Assembly: GCA_030704615.1 (NCBI GenBank)
Contig: CM060732.1
Coordinates: 60,946,001-61,010,000, forward strand
Source: Takakia lepidozioides
Taxonomy: Eukaryota > Plantae > Bryophyta
Reading direction: 5' to 3'
DNA: 64,000 bases
Part shown: positions 11,459-22,865 of the stretch, piece after piece
How positions within the stretch are numbered: the first letter of the stretch is position 1
Layout: every line of letters begins with the position of its first letter
Notes under the pieces: generated by a model
What the model was told of the DNA's origin: nothing
The model's database searches: none
Seen by the model: only the letters and a program-made list of their open reading frames with translations
Made by a program: the position numbers and the translations under genes

Positions 11459-12947
11459 ATGGGGACTATGGCCACACCTGAGGCAGGAAGGAGTGCGAAG
11501 CTGCTGATCAAGAGGCGGAATACTCCCAGGGTTAGGGCTCCGGGAGATACATTTGCTAGTTTGAAAGCCCAATTGAGACAGTTGGAGAGGCAGAGGGACT
11601 TTTTGAGTCTTTGGAAACCAGACACGCATATTGGGTCTGATGTCGAGAGTTCGCATGTCGACATCGAATTGCAGGCTTTTGACGGGGGCCGCGTTCATGC
11701 TCACAAGGCTGTGCTGGTCAGCTTCTGAACTACTTTCACTGCTCTTCATCAATCTGCTCTGCCCAACAGTTAGACCTCAACAGGACCAGGGCTTTACTCT
11801 CAACCTCTTGAAAGTTGGTAGACAGATGCGCAGGGGCTATATTCTTGATGGCCCTAAAGAGGGTCGCCTCTCTGATCACAATACCCCATACATTCTAACA
11901 GAAAATGGATATTGTCTTGAGGCCGCCTGCACATCAGGCATTGACAATCTCCCTTTCCTCTCTGCATCTGTTTATTTTTCAACGGTAAACTCCCCGCCCT
12001 GAGTTTAAGTTTCAGTCACGTGAGGTTAGGTAGGCCCTTCAGGTCGACAGAGTTGTTACATGCACGAGGCCCAATTAGGCACAATAGAACAATGCATTAG
12101 AATCACTGAAACCGAAGAGCAAGTCAAACCTTACACACCACCAGACGGCGGAGACCAGCACTACAGCTGAAGGTAGGGACAAGAGGAGAGAGGGGGTTGG
12201 AGCTCCTCATCATAGCTGTGTGGCCTTAAACTTTGTGCCTGGTCTGAGTGAATGTAGCAGAATTTCAGGTCAGTTCCTAAATTCCTAAGTTGCTTACTCC
12301 TATTACTTGTTCTTATGCGCAGTGAATGTGAAGGATGTTTGGTTTTAGGCCTGATACTGCATTAATCTTGAGCGTTATCGGTTGCATAATTGCATTGTCC
12401 CCATGTGATTCTGCATGTCAACCCTTTTTGGTTGCAAAGTTAGCAAAGGAAACAGTTCGTGCTTTGCCAACTTAGGGGTGGACTGCAGGCAGCAAAGTCC
12501 AGTGAGTTCGAGGCAGTGTTTCGTGGAATTGAGGCCACGGTTGTAGAGGTTCCTGATATGGGCCACGAGGAATTAAAAGCTTTTGTGAGCTTCTTCTACA
12601 CAGCAACAATCAGTGCCAATGTTCTGGCAGATCACTTGACCACTCTCTTGCATGCAGCGGACAAATATAAGGTCCATTACCTCACATCAGTCTGTGAAGA
12701 TGCTCTGGTAGCCAACCTTTCTATAGAGAATGCAATCACCACTTTTGATGTAGCTAAGAAGCATTGCTCTGAGGCTGCCAAAGAAGCGGTGCTTCAGAAG
12801 ACGAATACAATGGGAGAATTATCAGCATTTCATGAGTACAAATTGTACACCCAAAAAGACCCTGGCGTGCTGTTGGAGCTGTATGAGCATCTGTCAGATC
12901 GGACAGGACCGTCGCCTACTAAAAGACGGGCAGGCAAGTATCATTAG
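11459..12947 (+). CDS. BTB/POZ domain protein, 2 exons (11459-11716, 12489-12947)
   Basis: SDVESSHVDIELQAFDGGRVHAHKAVL|AAKSSEFEAVF..VEVPDMGHEELKAFVSFFYT..LLHAADKYKVHYLTSVCEDAL. Phase-0 GT..AG intron at 11717-12488. Confidence 0.9.
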
Positions 12948-13713
12948 CACTTGCACAGTGGATTATCTTTTAAACTATGTCAATTTTCTCCCCAACTTGT
13001 CAAGAGTGGACTGACAGCCTACACCTCCACTAGCACTCCCATTGTGCACCCATGGCATGCATCCTACTTCCTGCCGTAGGTAATAGTGGTTCTTTACAGC
13101 AGAGGACTATCTGAACCAAATCAGCCTAGGTTTGATGAGGACTGTGCAGTGACAGTTCTCAAAGAGGCGAGTGAAAGGTGACCAATGTGTCGTTTATGGT
13201 TGGCGTCTACACTACCTTTTTATTGTCGACTTGAAAAAGGCCACACTACTGGGCTCTCCATATCTCACCTGGTTCTTTGGTCAAGTGCTTTTTATTGGGG
13301 GTTACAGTAGGGTTGTGGGTGCTCTACAATCTCCACCCTTGAAGCCACAATGTAATGTCCGTGCCTGTAGCTCAAGATTTTTACTTTTGTTTTTTCCTGA
13401 CCATACCGTCAGAGTCAGATTCATAACTGAAACTCATAACCCGAGTGTCCACGGCTGAATTGTGTGTGGTGCACCCCGGCAATAATTCATGTGTACTTGC
13501 ATGACCAAACTTGGGACAACTTCATGAGTATCCTTAACAAAGTGGTATGTTTCAGGTTGTCGGTGTTAACAAGCTCTAAAGAATAAGTCTGTGTTGCAAG
13601 AGTAAGAGGTCATTACAAAGTGTGTGAGATGCATTTATATATGCAAAGAGTTTGGACATGGGCAAGAATAGCTGCTTCTTGCGGTGTGGTAATAATGTGT
13701 ACAGTGCACTGCA

Positions 13714-14367
13714 GAGGATGTAATTGACGAGGATGAAGGAAACAACCTGATTTCAATGCCTGAAGCAGTCAATGATAGATCAGACAGTGATGAAGACGAG
13801 GGTGAGGCTGATGAGTATGGAGAGGAGAAAGAGACAAAGCAGGAAGTGGAGGATGAGGCCTGTTTAGGTGATGTTCTAACTTGAGATGCAGAAGTAAAAC
13901 CTTAGTGCAAAGTCAGTGCAGTTGAATTACCTTTACGGATCTTGAGTTTGCGTGGGTAACATTGGCGGTGGTAGCATCACGTGCTCTACAAGTAGATAGT
14001 ATGCTTTGGCAAGTTACCCTTCTGTCTCCGCTCTGTGTTCATGCTGTATCAACAAAGGATTGTGACAGAATATCGAGTGGCATGTTGCAGGGCATCATGT
14101 CATCGGCAAGGCAGAGAGATCTGATGGAAGTTGATGGTGTGCAGGAGGCCCTGCACTCCCCAATGTGGTGCCACCATATGGTGGAGTCATGTACTGGCAT
14201 GGACCACCCATGCCACCACATGGTCGACACTTTCCGCCTGGCTTTGACAAGGTCATGTATGGTCCAGGTCCTAGGCCCCCTCTGTTCGATGGCCCCATGA
14301 TGCCTGGACCACCCTATGTTGTGCCTCCCTTCATTCCTCCAATGTATCCACGTGGTCCAATCCACAG
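13714..14367 (+). CDS. Probable upstream exons (acidic and Pro-rich) of the AP2 Soloist-like gene
   Basis: Acidic stretch EDVIDEDEG..EDEACL is bounded by AG/GT. Pro/Gly-rich stretch VPPYGGVMYWHGPPMPP ends at a GT donor. Phase linkage to the AP2 exon was not resolved. Confidence 0.4.
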
Positions 14368-15158
14368 GTCAGTAATGGCCATCTTTGTTTGGTGCCGAGG
14401 ACTAGGATAGCAGCCCATGTTGATTTTCTATGGACTAATCCGGTGAGACGAGGAATTATGGTTGTGGGTCATTTGGGAATCCAAGTCAGGATAGGTTAAT
14501 GACTTGTGTCTACATAGTTTGGTGGAGAAGCACATGTTGGATTCTTGCATATGCTTTGATCACTTACATCCGAGTTTTTAACCACAAGTTTCCTTATTTT
14601 GGTGGTGGGGGTTACAATTGTAAGAATTGTGTCTTTTGACCATCTGGTTACAAGTGTCGCTTGAGTCAGAGGGTTCATGGGAGGTGCGGTGCCCGCAATA
14701 ATGGGTCTTGTGGAAAGGCCTGTTGATGGTGAGCAGCTTCTTGCAGGCATTAGAAATGGTAAGCCCAGAGTAACAATTATAGACATTTCTGCAAGAGTCA
14801 GATATATTCCTTCCACCACTCCAGCCTGGTGATGCTCATGGACAAAACTCAAAATGCAGTCTTAGTGTCATTTCAAAATTGAAGAATGTTTCTTCTGAAG
14901 GCCAGTTAATAGAGCATACACATTTGCTTCTTTATATCTATCTTCTGCTCTTTTGACTTCTCTTGTGTAGTTCTTGTCTAGGTAGTCGCTTATTCAGGGT
15001 GCAAGGTATATTATTTTCAGTGTTGGAAATCTGTTGCCTAATTTGCAGTTTGCTCTCTCTCTCTCTCTCAAACTGGGCGTGGGGTCAATGGCCACAAGGC
15101 TATGGCAAACAACGTCTTATGAGTACAATCTCTCTCTCTCTCTCTTGGCTGTAAATAG

Positions 15159-16700
15159 GTCAGCCAGCAATGGATGCCAAGAAACAGTTGCAGCCAAAAA
15201 GACAGCGGCGCGAGAAGCGGTGCTTGATGCGAGGGGTAAAAATGACAAGAAACAAAAACAAAAAGTACAATGCAACTATCACTGTTAAGGGCAAGCATCT
15301 CGATTTGGGGACTTGCCAATCTGAAGAAGAGGCCGCACACCTTTACGACCGGTAAATTTTGTACGAATCAGAGGCTTGTGTGGATCAATTGTCCAGCTTT
15401 TTGGGATCGTTGTGTACACAGAGAGGTGTGTCTGACCAGCTGTATATCAAACTGGGTAAAGAGTACTTGAGAGATGAGTGGGATTGCTGGAATAGCTTTG
15501 TGATTTGTCTTCTCAACATGCACATGGCTGCTGCCTGTCTTGTACTGTTTAAGGTTAGACCACAAAAAGGTTCACTATTTTGGGAGCGGTGTAGTGTAAT
15601 CTTGAAAGCAGCTTCTGCTCAACATACAGCTTCCTTTTTGGAGGAAAGACACCATACAGTTGCCAAGAAAAGATCTGCACCCACATCTGGCCAAGAGGGC
15701 CAATGACCTGGGACTTAGGTCCTAGTGATGCTAGAGAAGTGGGCAGTGCATGGTTGCACTTAATTCTTGGTGAAAGAAGAATGGTTGGCTAAGTAAATAC
15801 CAGCTAAATGTGAAGGTCGTGGGCAGGGCGGCATACGTATGTGGAAGGAAGACCAATTATGAATTGCCAAATGAAGTCAAGCAAGAGCTGGACCGTGTGC
15901 AGTGGGAGGACTTTGTTACCTCGCTGCAGGAAGGGAAAGTGAATGAAAGTAAGTCAGTTAGTTACTTTTCTCAGGATCAGTTCTCAGTGGGAAGCGGTTC
16001 ATGTCCCCTACATACTACAGAAGGTTTCAAATTAACTCCAGAAAATTCGGAGCTCTTGATATTCATGGTTTGGATGGTAAGGCTTGGTATGTTAATTCAA
16101 CGAGTCCTTAAAATATTTTGAAAGGACTACACCCAGAACAACAATCAGAATCAATTTGCAACATAGTTGAACAGCCATAGCTCATGCATGGAAGTGGTCC
16201 AGTTGTTCCAGAAGGACCTTTGTTTCCTTCCACATTTTAGATTTTTCTATTTTCTGCAACCTAAAAAGAAAAGAGTCTGTGTTCTCAAGCCATTTCGCCT
16301 GATGAAGGGGATTTGAGTCGGGTAGCTGGCTATTGCTTTGCATGGCCGCTTATCCTTTCTATGGCACTTCGACAGTTGGATATCACTCTTGTTGGTTTTG
16401 GAGGAGGCTTCACTCATGTTCCTCAGTACGTATAAGTTTAATATGCAGGGTTGGGTTTAGGGCATACATATTCTGTCTCTTCAACTACTTGCAGATCTCC
16501 TTTGCCTCTCTAGGTCATTTGAGAAACAGCAGCAGAAACCAGTCCTGAATGCTATTTCGGTGAGCCGCCCATCTGAACCATTTTGGCCAGATTTAACCCT
16601 CACGCTTTTTGCAGAAACGCAACAGCAGGGGAAGCCTGAGACAGGAGACGTACAGGAACAGCAACCCACCACTGATGCCTCTGAGCATTCATCATCATAA
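15159..16700 (+). CDS. AP2/ERF 'Soloist' (At4g13040-like) module 1; exons 15159-15351, 15827-15948, possible last exon about 16496-16700
   Basis: LMRGVKM..KYNATITVKGKHLDLGTCQSEEEAAHLYDR|AAYVCGRKTNYELPNEVKQELDRVQWEDF matches the Soloist signature. Phase-2 intron in the R codon. Confidence 0.8.
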
Positions 16701-16995
16701 GACATGGTGGGACTGCACTACAAGCCTAACACACTGAAACCCACAATCCAATCTCTTGGGTCAACATTTATGTCTTTACAAGTAGCAATCCTGTGTCTTT
16801 GGTCAACGATTGGGTGTACTACTAGTCTCATAATGCCCATTGTTTTCTTTTTGCAGTTTGGTTACTATCATGTCTGGCTGTTGTATCTTCTGCCTCTTAA
16901 GACCCCTTTTCACTCTACCTTATTTTTGTAGGTAGTTTTAATAAAAATTTGAACTCTTGTCAACATGGGCTGATTAGTCATCTATCTTTGTTCAG

Positions 16996-17903
16996 GTCAG
17001 TCAGAGAGGGAACTTACCGATATTGAACCCGGAATGGGGATTCTCCAACTTGGAAGGCAGCAGAGAAAACAGGAGCGATGCTTGCTGCAGGGAATGTGTC
17101 CAAGAAGGGACTGGTTCACAGCTCATATTTATGTAAAAGGCTTGCGTTTCTGTGTGGGCACTTGCAAATCAAAGGAAGCAGCTGCACATCTCGTTGATAG
17201 GTAAAGTTCCATTGATTTGTGGTCAGTATATCAAGAAGATTTCTAGCCAAATTTGGAGTCTTAACATTCCTTGATTCCCACTTTTGTCTCCCTGCAAATT
17301 GTTTGCTGTTGAGGATTGAGCTTTCCCGGTTTGTGGAAAGTGAACAGAGAAGAGTTTGATCAAGTTTCTTCCAGACTGCTATGAAGACAATTTAACCAGC
17401 CAGCAGGGTGATTCTGAATGTGGTAGGGCAATGTATGTATGTGGAAGGGACCCTCCCAATTTTGAGTTATCTGAGGAAGAAAAGCAAGAGCTGCAGGGTT
17501 TTGAGTGGGAGGATTTTCTAGCCTTCACCCACAAACGAAACAGAAGTGAGTTGCCCAACTACATTGATTCTGTCCGACCTTTATTTCTGCTTCTCAACTG
17601 CCGACAAGACAATCTGTCTTCAAAGTGTGCAATGATGTCGCTCATGTTCCACACTCTGCGTGATATATGCTGCAGTTATGTGCTATAGTGACAGTGATAC
17701 TCAGTTTGATATTGGAAGTTCTGGTTTTTCCATAGGCAGATCGCGTATGTTCTCACTCAGAGGGGTTTCAATGTTTTTTGCTATGGATTGTTGGTGCACA
17801 GTTCATGTAAACTATCCCCCGAAGTACTAGCATGTTATCAGCATAAAATAGCTGATACCGACTTGTTGCAGAGAAGATATGGAAGAGGAATCTAGAGCAC
17901 TAG
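16996..17903 (+). CDS. AP2/ERF 'Soloist'-like module 2; exons 16996-17200, 17427-17545, probable 17872-17903
   Basis: CLLQGMCPRRDWFTAHIYVKGLRFCVGTCKSKEAAAHLVDR|AMYVCGRDPPNFELSEEEKQELQGFEWEDFLAFT. Same intron positions and phases as module 1. Confidence 0.78.
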
Positions 17904-17998
17904 ATGTATGCTGAAACAGCAACTTTCACCTGATGGTTCGTTGGGAGTCATTTTCGAAATCAGGAAAATGTAGGACACTGCTGCAATCTCAAATAGGA

Positions 17999-18980
17999 TC
18001 AAACAGTTTGACCTTCGACTGCGACTCTTTTGCAAGACTCACTTTCAGATTGAAGACTCGCCTCTAAATTCGCGCGTGCCTTCTCTGATTCCGTAGCGGT
18101 AATTCTCTTAGTGCTATTCCTTGTCGTATTCTTCCTTGGCGGCATTGTCCATATGACTGAGTTCACGTGGATCCATTGAGGAGGATCTGATGGGTTATAC
18201 TCCCAGACTTTTGACCAGCAGTCCCTATACCTGTTCAAGTTAGATGGGTCACCTTCTTTTTTCGGTCTCCACCACTCCACCCTCACTTTCTTAAAATTAC
18301 GATTCTCCTTTTCACGGATCACATCAGATATTGCCACCTCCAACTGGGAACGTCCTTGGGTCATGAGGGCGAACCAGCACAAAAAACCCTTTTTCAATAT
18401 CCTTCAACGGATTGAAGGGTATTCCCGGACGTTTACACCTTGGGCCACAGTAAGGTTTTGGAATTTCATCCTCTTCTGCCATATCATCCTGTGTTTGTGG
18501 TTGGATTCCATCTCTCCGATGGTTCTTCGACCATCTTGTTTTCGGCTAGAAATCCTCAAGAAGCTGAATATTCTTGGGAGTCTCTGGTATTGGCTTATCC
18601 AGTTCAACGAGGATGTTTCCCCAATATTGATCGTATTGTTTCATAACAACTCTATAATGACATCAGGCAATACTCCTTTCATCCAAAAATCCCATGTATT
18701 TTTTTATTCCATTTTTTATGAAGGATTGTTTTTCGGAGGAGTCGTCTTCAACTCCCCAGATCGGAATTCTTGGAACGGCAGGTCACCTTAAGGGAATTTG
18801 GGAGTCCCGTCAGGATTTGACTTCCACATCTTCCACATCTTCACGTTGGTGTTCTTTGGAAGCCAATCTGAATCAGTAGCTGACTTCTTGTACTTCATGA
18901 CGGGCCAACCTTCCGCATCTACAAAAATCGGAACATGTGCATCTCGGAAGTCCCGACTAACTCTTTTTTTCCTCAATACA
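17999..18980 (-). mobile_element. C-terminal remnant of an unclassified transposon-like protein (possibly DUF7869/Sola-related)
   Basis: Broken frames read LVGTSEMHMFRF(F)VDAEGWPVMKYK..DWLP and EVAISDVI..KKVRVEWWRPK..CWSKVW..PQWIHVNSVIW. Family assignment is recalled resemblance only. Confidence 0.4.
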
Positions 18981-18983
18981 CTC

Positions 18984-19815
18984 TCCTCAATACTTGGCCA
19001 ACTAATCTGATCGGCTGATGCATGGTTCACACAAGAAGTTATGAAGATAGCATCATCGTTCATTGCAGTCTTAGACCAGTTCCACATGAAGGAATCGTAC
19101 ATAGTCACGTTATCATGCTTCATGAATAAGATGAAATTGAGGATACGTTGCTCAGTGGACAACTTCAGAGGGCGTCCAGAAACAATATGAATTTCACTTG
19201 TTGTCCTGGCATGTGTCATGATCGTTGGTACAACAATGGCATATAACTCATCAAATTCAGTCACAAGGGCCGGTATTGCTCTCATAGTTGCTAAGACTTC
19301 ACGAACACCTTCATTGTGGTTGATTGAAGGTTGCCCCCCTCCTCCATCTCGTTTGAATTGAACATGTCCACTGAATTGGCCACCACAAGCGGACACTGAA
19401 ATCACATCAAAGCCTCCTGATCCATATCGTCAAAAAGCTCTCCATCGCTACTGGAGGAGGAACTAGCAGAGGTATGAGATGAAGAATATGAATCCATGAA
19501 GCAATGCAGAGCAACCTAATTGCAAGTTGGAAGAGAGTGTGGACGAGCTTGGCATGGGTCCAAGCTGTTGTTTGAGGCAAGGCAGAACAACCTTTGTATA
19601 TGGTTTAGGGGTACGCGAACAAGCTTGGCAGGAGGCCCACGCTGCCATTAGGTTGACCCACGTTACTAAAATGCTCGCCCGTCCCCACTTTTTGCCGCTC
19701 GTGCCCATTTCTCTTGACTTCACGGATAGGCACTTACTGCCCACCATTATGACATGTGGGGATAGATCCAAGGGTCAAACAAGGCCCCACTTAACGAATA
19801 ACTTTAATGTGTTGG
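18984..19815 (-). mobile_element. Truncated PIF/Harbinger element (5' end and transposase N-terminal half)
   Basis: KLSTEQRILNFILFMKHDNVTMYDSFMWNWSKTAMNDDAIF. Near-identical in reverse to about 40555-41420. End motif ggggccttgtttgac. Confidence 0.8.
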
Positions 19816-19951
19816 ATACTTTTGTGATATTAGAAATCATTTTGCCAGCAAAGAATATTTTGGGTAATTTTAAAGTTTGAAAAAAAATGGCAATACCCAT
19901 AGTTTCTCTGGCTGAATCTGTCGAGAAGTAAAGAACCTCTAGGGCTGGTTG

Positions 19952-20028
19952 TCGGCGAGGAGGGATTCGAACTCGCGACACCGTGGTTCGTAACCACGTG
20001 CTCTAAATTTCCTCTGAGCTATAGGCCT
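19952..20028 (-). tRNA. trnR-ACG: tRNA-Arg(ACG), plastid-like and diverged; probably a non-functional organellar insertion
   Basis: Reverse complement is AGGCCTATAGCTCAGAGGAAATTTAGAGCACGTGGTTACGAACCACGGTGTCGCGAGTTCGAATCCCTCCTCGCCGA. Anticodon stem CGTGG/CCACG, loop TTACGAA, T-loop GTTCGAATC. Closely resembles plastid trnR-ACG. Confidence 0.8.
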
Positions 20029-21097
20029 GCTTTCACTGGATCTGTTACCATGAGCCTTTTCCGGAAGCAACAAGCAACCTTTCCCCTTTCTTTTGGCAAA
20101 CCAGAGATTGTTTCGCCGATGAAACCTATTTGGAGATCTAATGTGTTTATAGATTTTGGAAAAAAACAAGATAATTTCATTGGTGAAACGTCTATTAAAA
20201 ATTTCATTTCTGTGTTTTGTTTCTTTTTTAAAACTTTTTTAAACAGCGAGAGAAGCCGGAGGCCCATACTAGTGTCATCATATATTACATGGTATTATAC
20301 ATAATATTTTTATCACAGAATAATAAACCTGAAAATTCGCCCATTTATCTTTCATACATTGTTCAATAAGAGATCTCTTACATGATGGAGGTATTACCTA
20401 GAGAAGGCAAATCAGGAAGTAGTTTTCAGCAAAGGAGAGGAGGTGACACCTTGGGAAGGCACAATAGGGGCTTAACAATTTTCAACACCCATGCGTAGTC
20501 CTCTCTTTAGAATAAAGAGAAACGACTAAAAGTAGTTCTTAGTAAGTAGTATGAAGCCTATTTACGCCTGAACACCTAATGTATCCGCATGTATCTGCCT
20601 AATGAAATCTTTGAATTGTCATGTCCAACATTTCTTTTCCATAAGTTGAAAAGTCGATGTATGTGTTTCCGATTCCTTGTGCCATCCGAAAATCCTTGTT
20701 CGTATTCTTCATAGTCCAAGGAAGGAAATGATTTCTAGATTGTGGGAGCTTTCTTATGAAGTGTCATGGGTTTTAATATAAAATCCATTGTTTGTCAAGC
20801 CGTAAACTTCATAATGAAAATTTCATGGCTCGAGTCCATGAACTGCAAACAATATGAGTTTGGCTACAAATGGATCGAGATTCCATGATTCACTAAAATA
20901 ATAAGTCCACGTATCACTCCAGTCATTTTCTTACACGTCATTTTTACACACATAGCTCCATGATAAAGGTTGTAGTTGTTTACTTCTGACACTGTTTACT
21001 TCAATATGAAAGCTAAGTTCTTTGGGTATTCTGCTAAGCTCGGTTACAGACTGCTGCTAGCCTGGCTAATTTCACCCAAAAATGGTAAAAAAAAAGG

Positions 21098-22015
21098 TTG
21101 CACCTCGCCAACGCTAGGATTCAATGGAGCAAGGTCTCGAAGGACGTTTGGCGCAAAGAAAGGGCTGCCAAGATATCAGCCTTTCTTTGGAAAATCGTCA
21201 ATAGAATCCTGCTAGTTGCTGCTCGTATCTCTGGTGGCTATGAGGAATCTATTGAACACTGCCTCATTAGGTGCCCACTGCCCTGAAAGGTCTGGTCTTT
21301 GGTGGATGCCTTTAACTCCAATTGGACTCCTCTGGGCTCCCCTTCGCCCCTGTTGTTCCTCCTTAATTGGTTTGAGGGGCATCTTTGGAGCTCCTGTTCT
21401 GTATGGTCGTGCCTCCGGGCACACACACTATGGATTCTATGGAAATCCAGTTGCGCGTTTGTGTATGATGGGTGTGGCCCCAGCATCAAATCTATTATGC
21501 ATATTTTATTTTCGGATCTGATGACTGAGGGGTATAAGGCATGGGGGTCTTGGTTGCAGCCTGTAACAGGTGTGGCGAACTGAGGAGGCAGCAGCTTATC
21601 TCAGAGTTTGATCTCTCATGGGGCAAGGATAACATCCTCTGCACCCACACAGCTACCTCGTCCATTATATTCTGGCATCACCTCCTCCCCAATCAATGGC
21701 AAGTCCTCGATGAATAAGATGGCCCGGAGGTTAACTGGAGGCATCGCAATTAGCTCAGGATTCCGAGGACTAAGGCTTAGTTGGATTTTGGTGCTCAGCT
21801 GTAGTTAGTTTAGGCTCATTTCCCCCCCTTCCGTTTGCAGTCATTCTCTGCTTTAGACTCTATCCTTTTCCTCCTTCAGGCTTCTAGAGTTCCTTCGGGC
21901 TTGGTGTTGCCCAAGATTAGAATCTCGTGGACTATGGCTCAGCAGGATTTTGGTGCTGATGATTCTGTTTTTACTTTGCTCCTGACTCTGATCTACTTTC
22001 GCAAGGAGCTTTAGA
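21098..22015 (+). mobile_element. LINE (L1-like) 3' remnant: zf-RVT domain and 3' repeat
   Basis: WSKVSKDVWRKERAAKISAFLWKIVNRIL..EESIEHCLIRCP and LWILWK motifs. The downstream repeat recurs at 33255-33435. Confidence 0.7.
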
Positions 22016-22865
22016 ACGATTCCCTCATGGGGAAAAGGGCAAAATGCCCTTAGATATTCGTACTGATTTATACGTCAGAGGGAATTGTGCAACAGTGGAA
22101 ATGTTTGCGTACTTCCCACTGTTCACAGGAAACAATTACCCCGCTAATTTTCCCTTCCTGATTTTCCCCGGTGCATTTATTTTTTCCCACTGCATTTTCC
22201 CTATTTGGATTTTTCCCTGGTGTATTTATTTTTCCCCAATGCACCTTTCCCCTATTGAGATTTTTCCCTTTGCGGAATTGTTTTTTCCTCTATACTTTTC
22301 CCCGTGAGGTTTTCCTTTAATCTTTGCCCGTGTATTTTTTTCCTAGAAGGTTTTTTTCCTTCTTGGTTTGTTTCCCATGAACTGCTTTGCAATTAATTGC
22401 CATAGCTCTCACGTATAATCCACAACCATGGGGATGCAGTGCTGATTGTAAGTTAGTAGGAGCCTTGACATCATAGCAGCAAGCACACTGTTGATAACAA
22501 CAGTGCTTATGTAGGCCTGTACCTCACACAGATGGGATGTCTTTGGCTAATGGGTGTTGTGCCAGTTCTTCATTAGAGGGCAAGCAGAGAAAGGAGACAG
22601 AAGTATTTTCCAGAAGAGAGCTTTTCAAACCAGGAAGCCATTACCGAGACTTTTTACCTTATCTGCATTGCTTTGCAGTGGAAATGGAGGTTGAAACACA
22701 GAGCACTAGAAACCAGGCAATTAATCGCTGATCGAAGTCAGAGTGCCCTAAACCCTACTCACCACTCCCTACCGGTGCCAAAATAGGGGCCAGTAATTCA
22801 ACTCCGTGAGGCACCTAAGCCACTATAAGTCCTCGATATTATCGAGACAAAGGTCTACAACCTCT

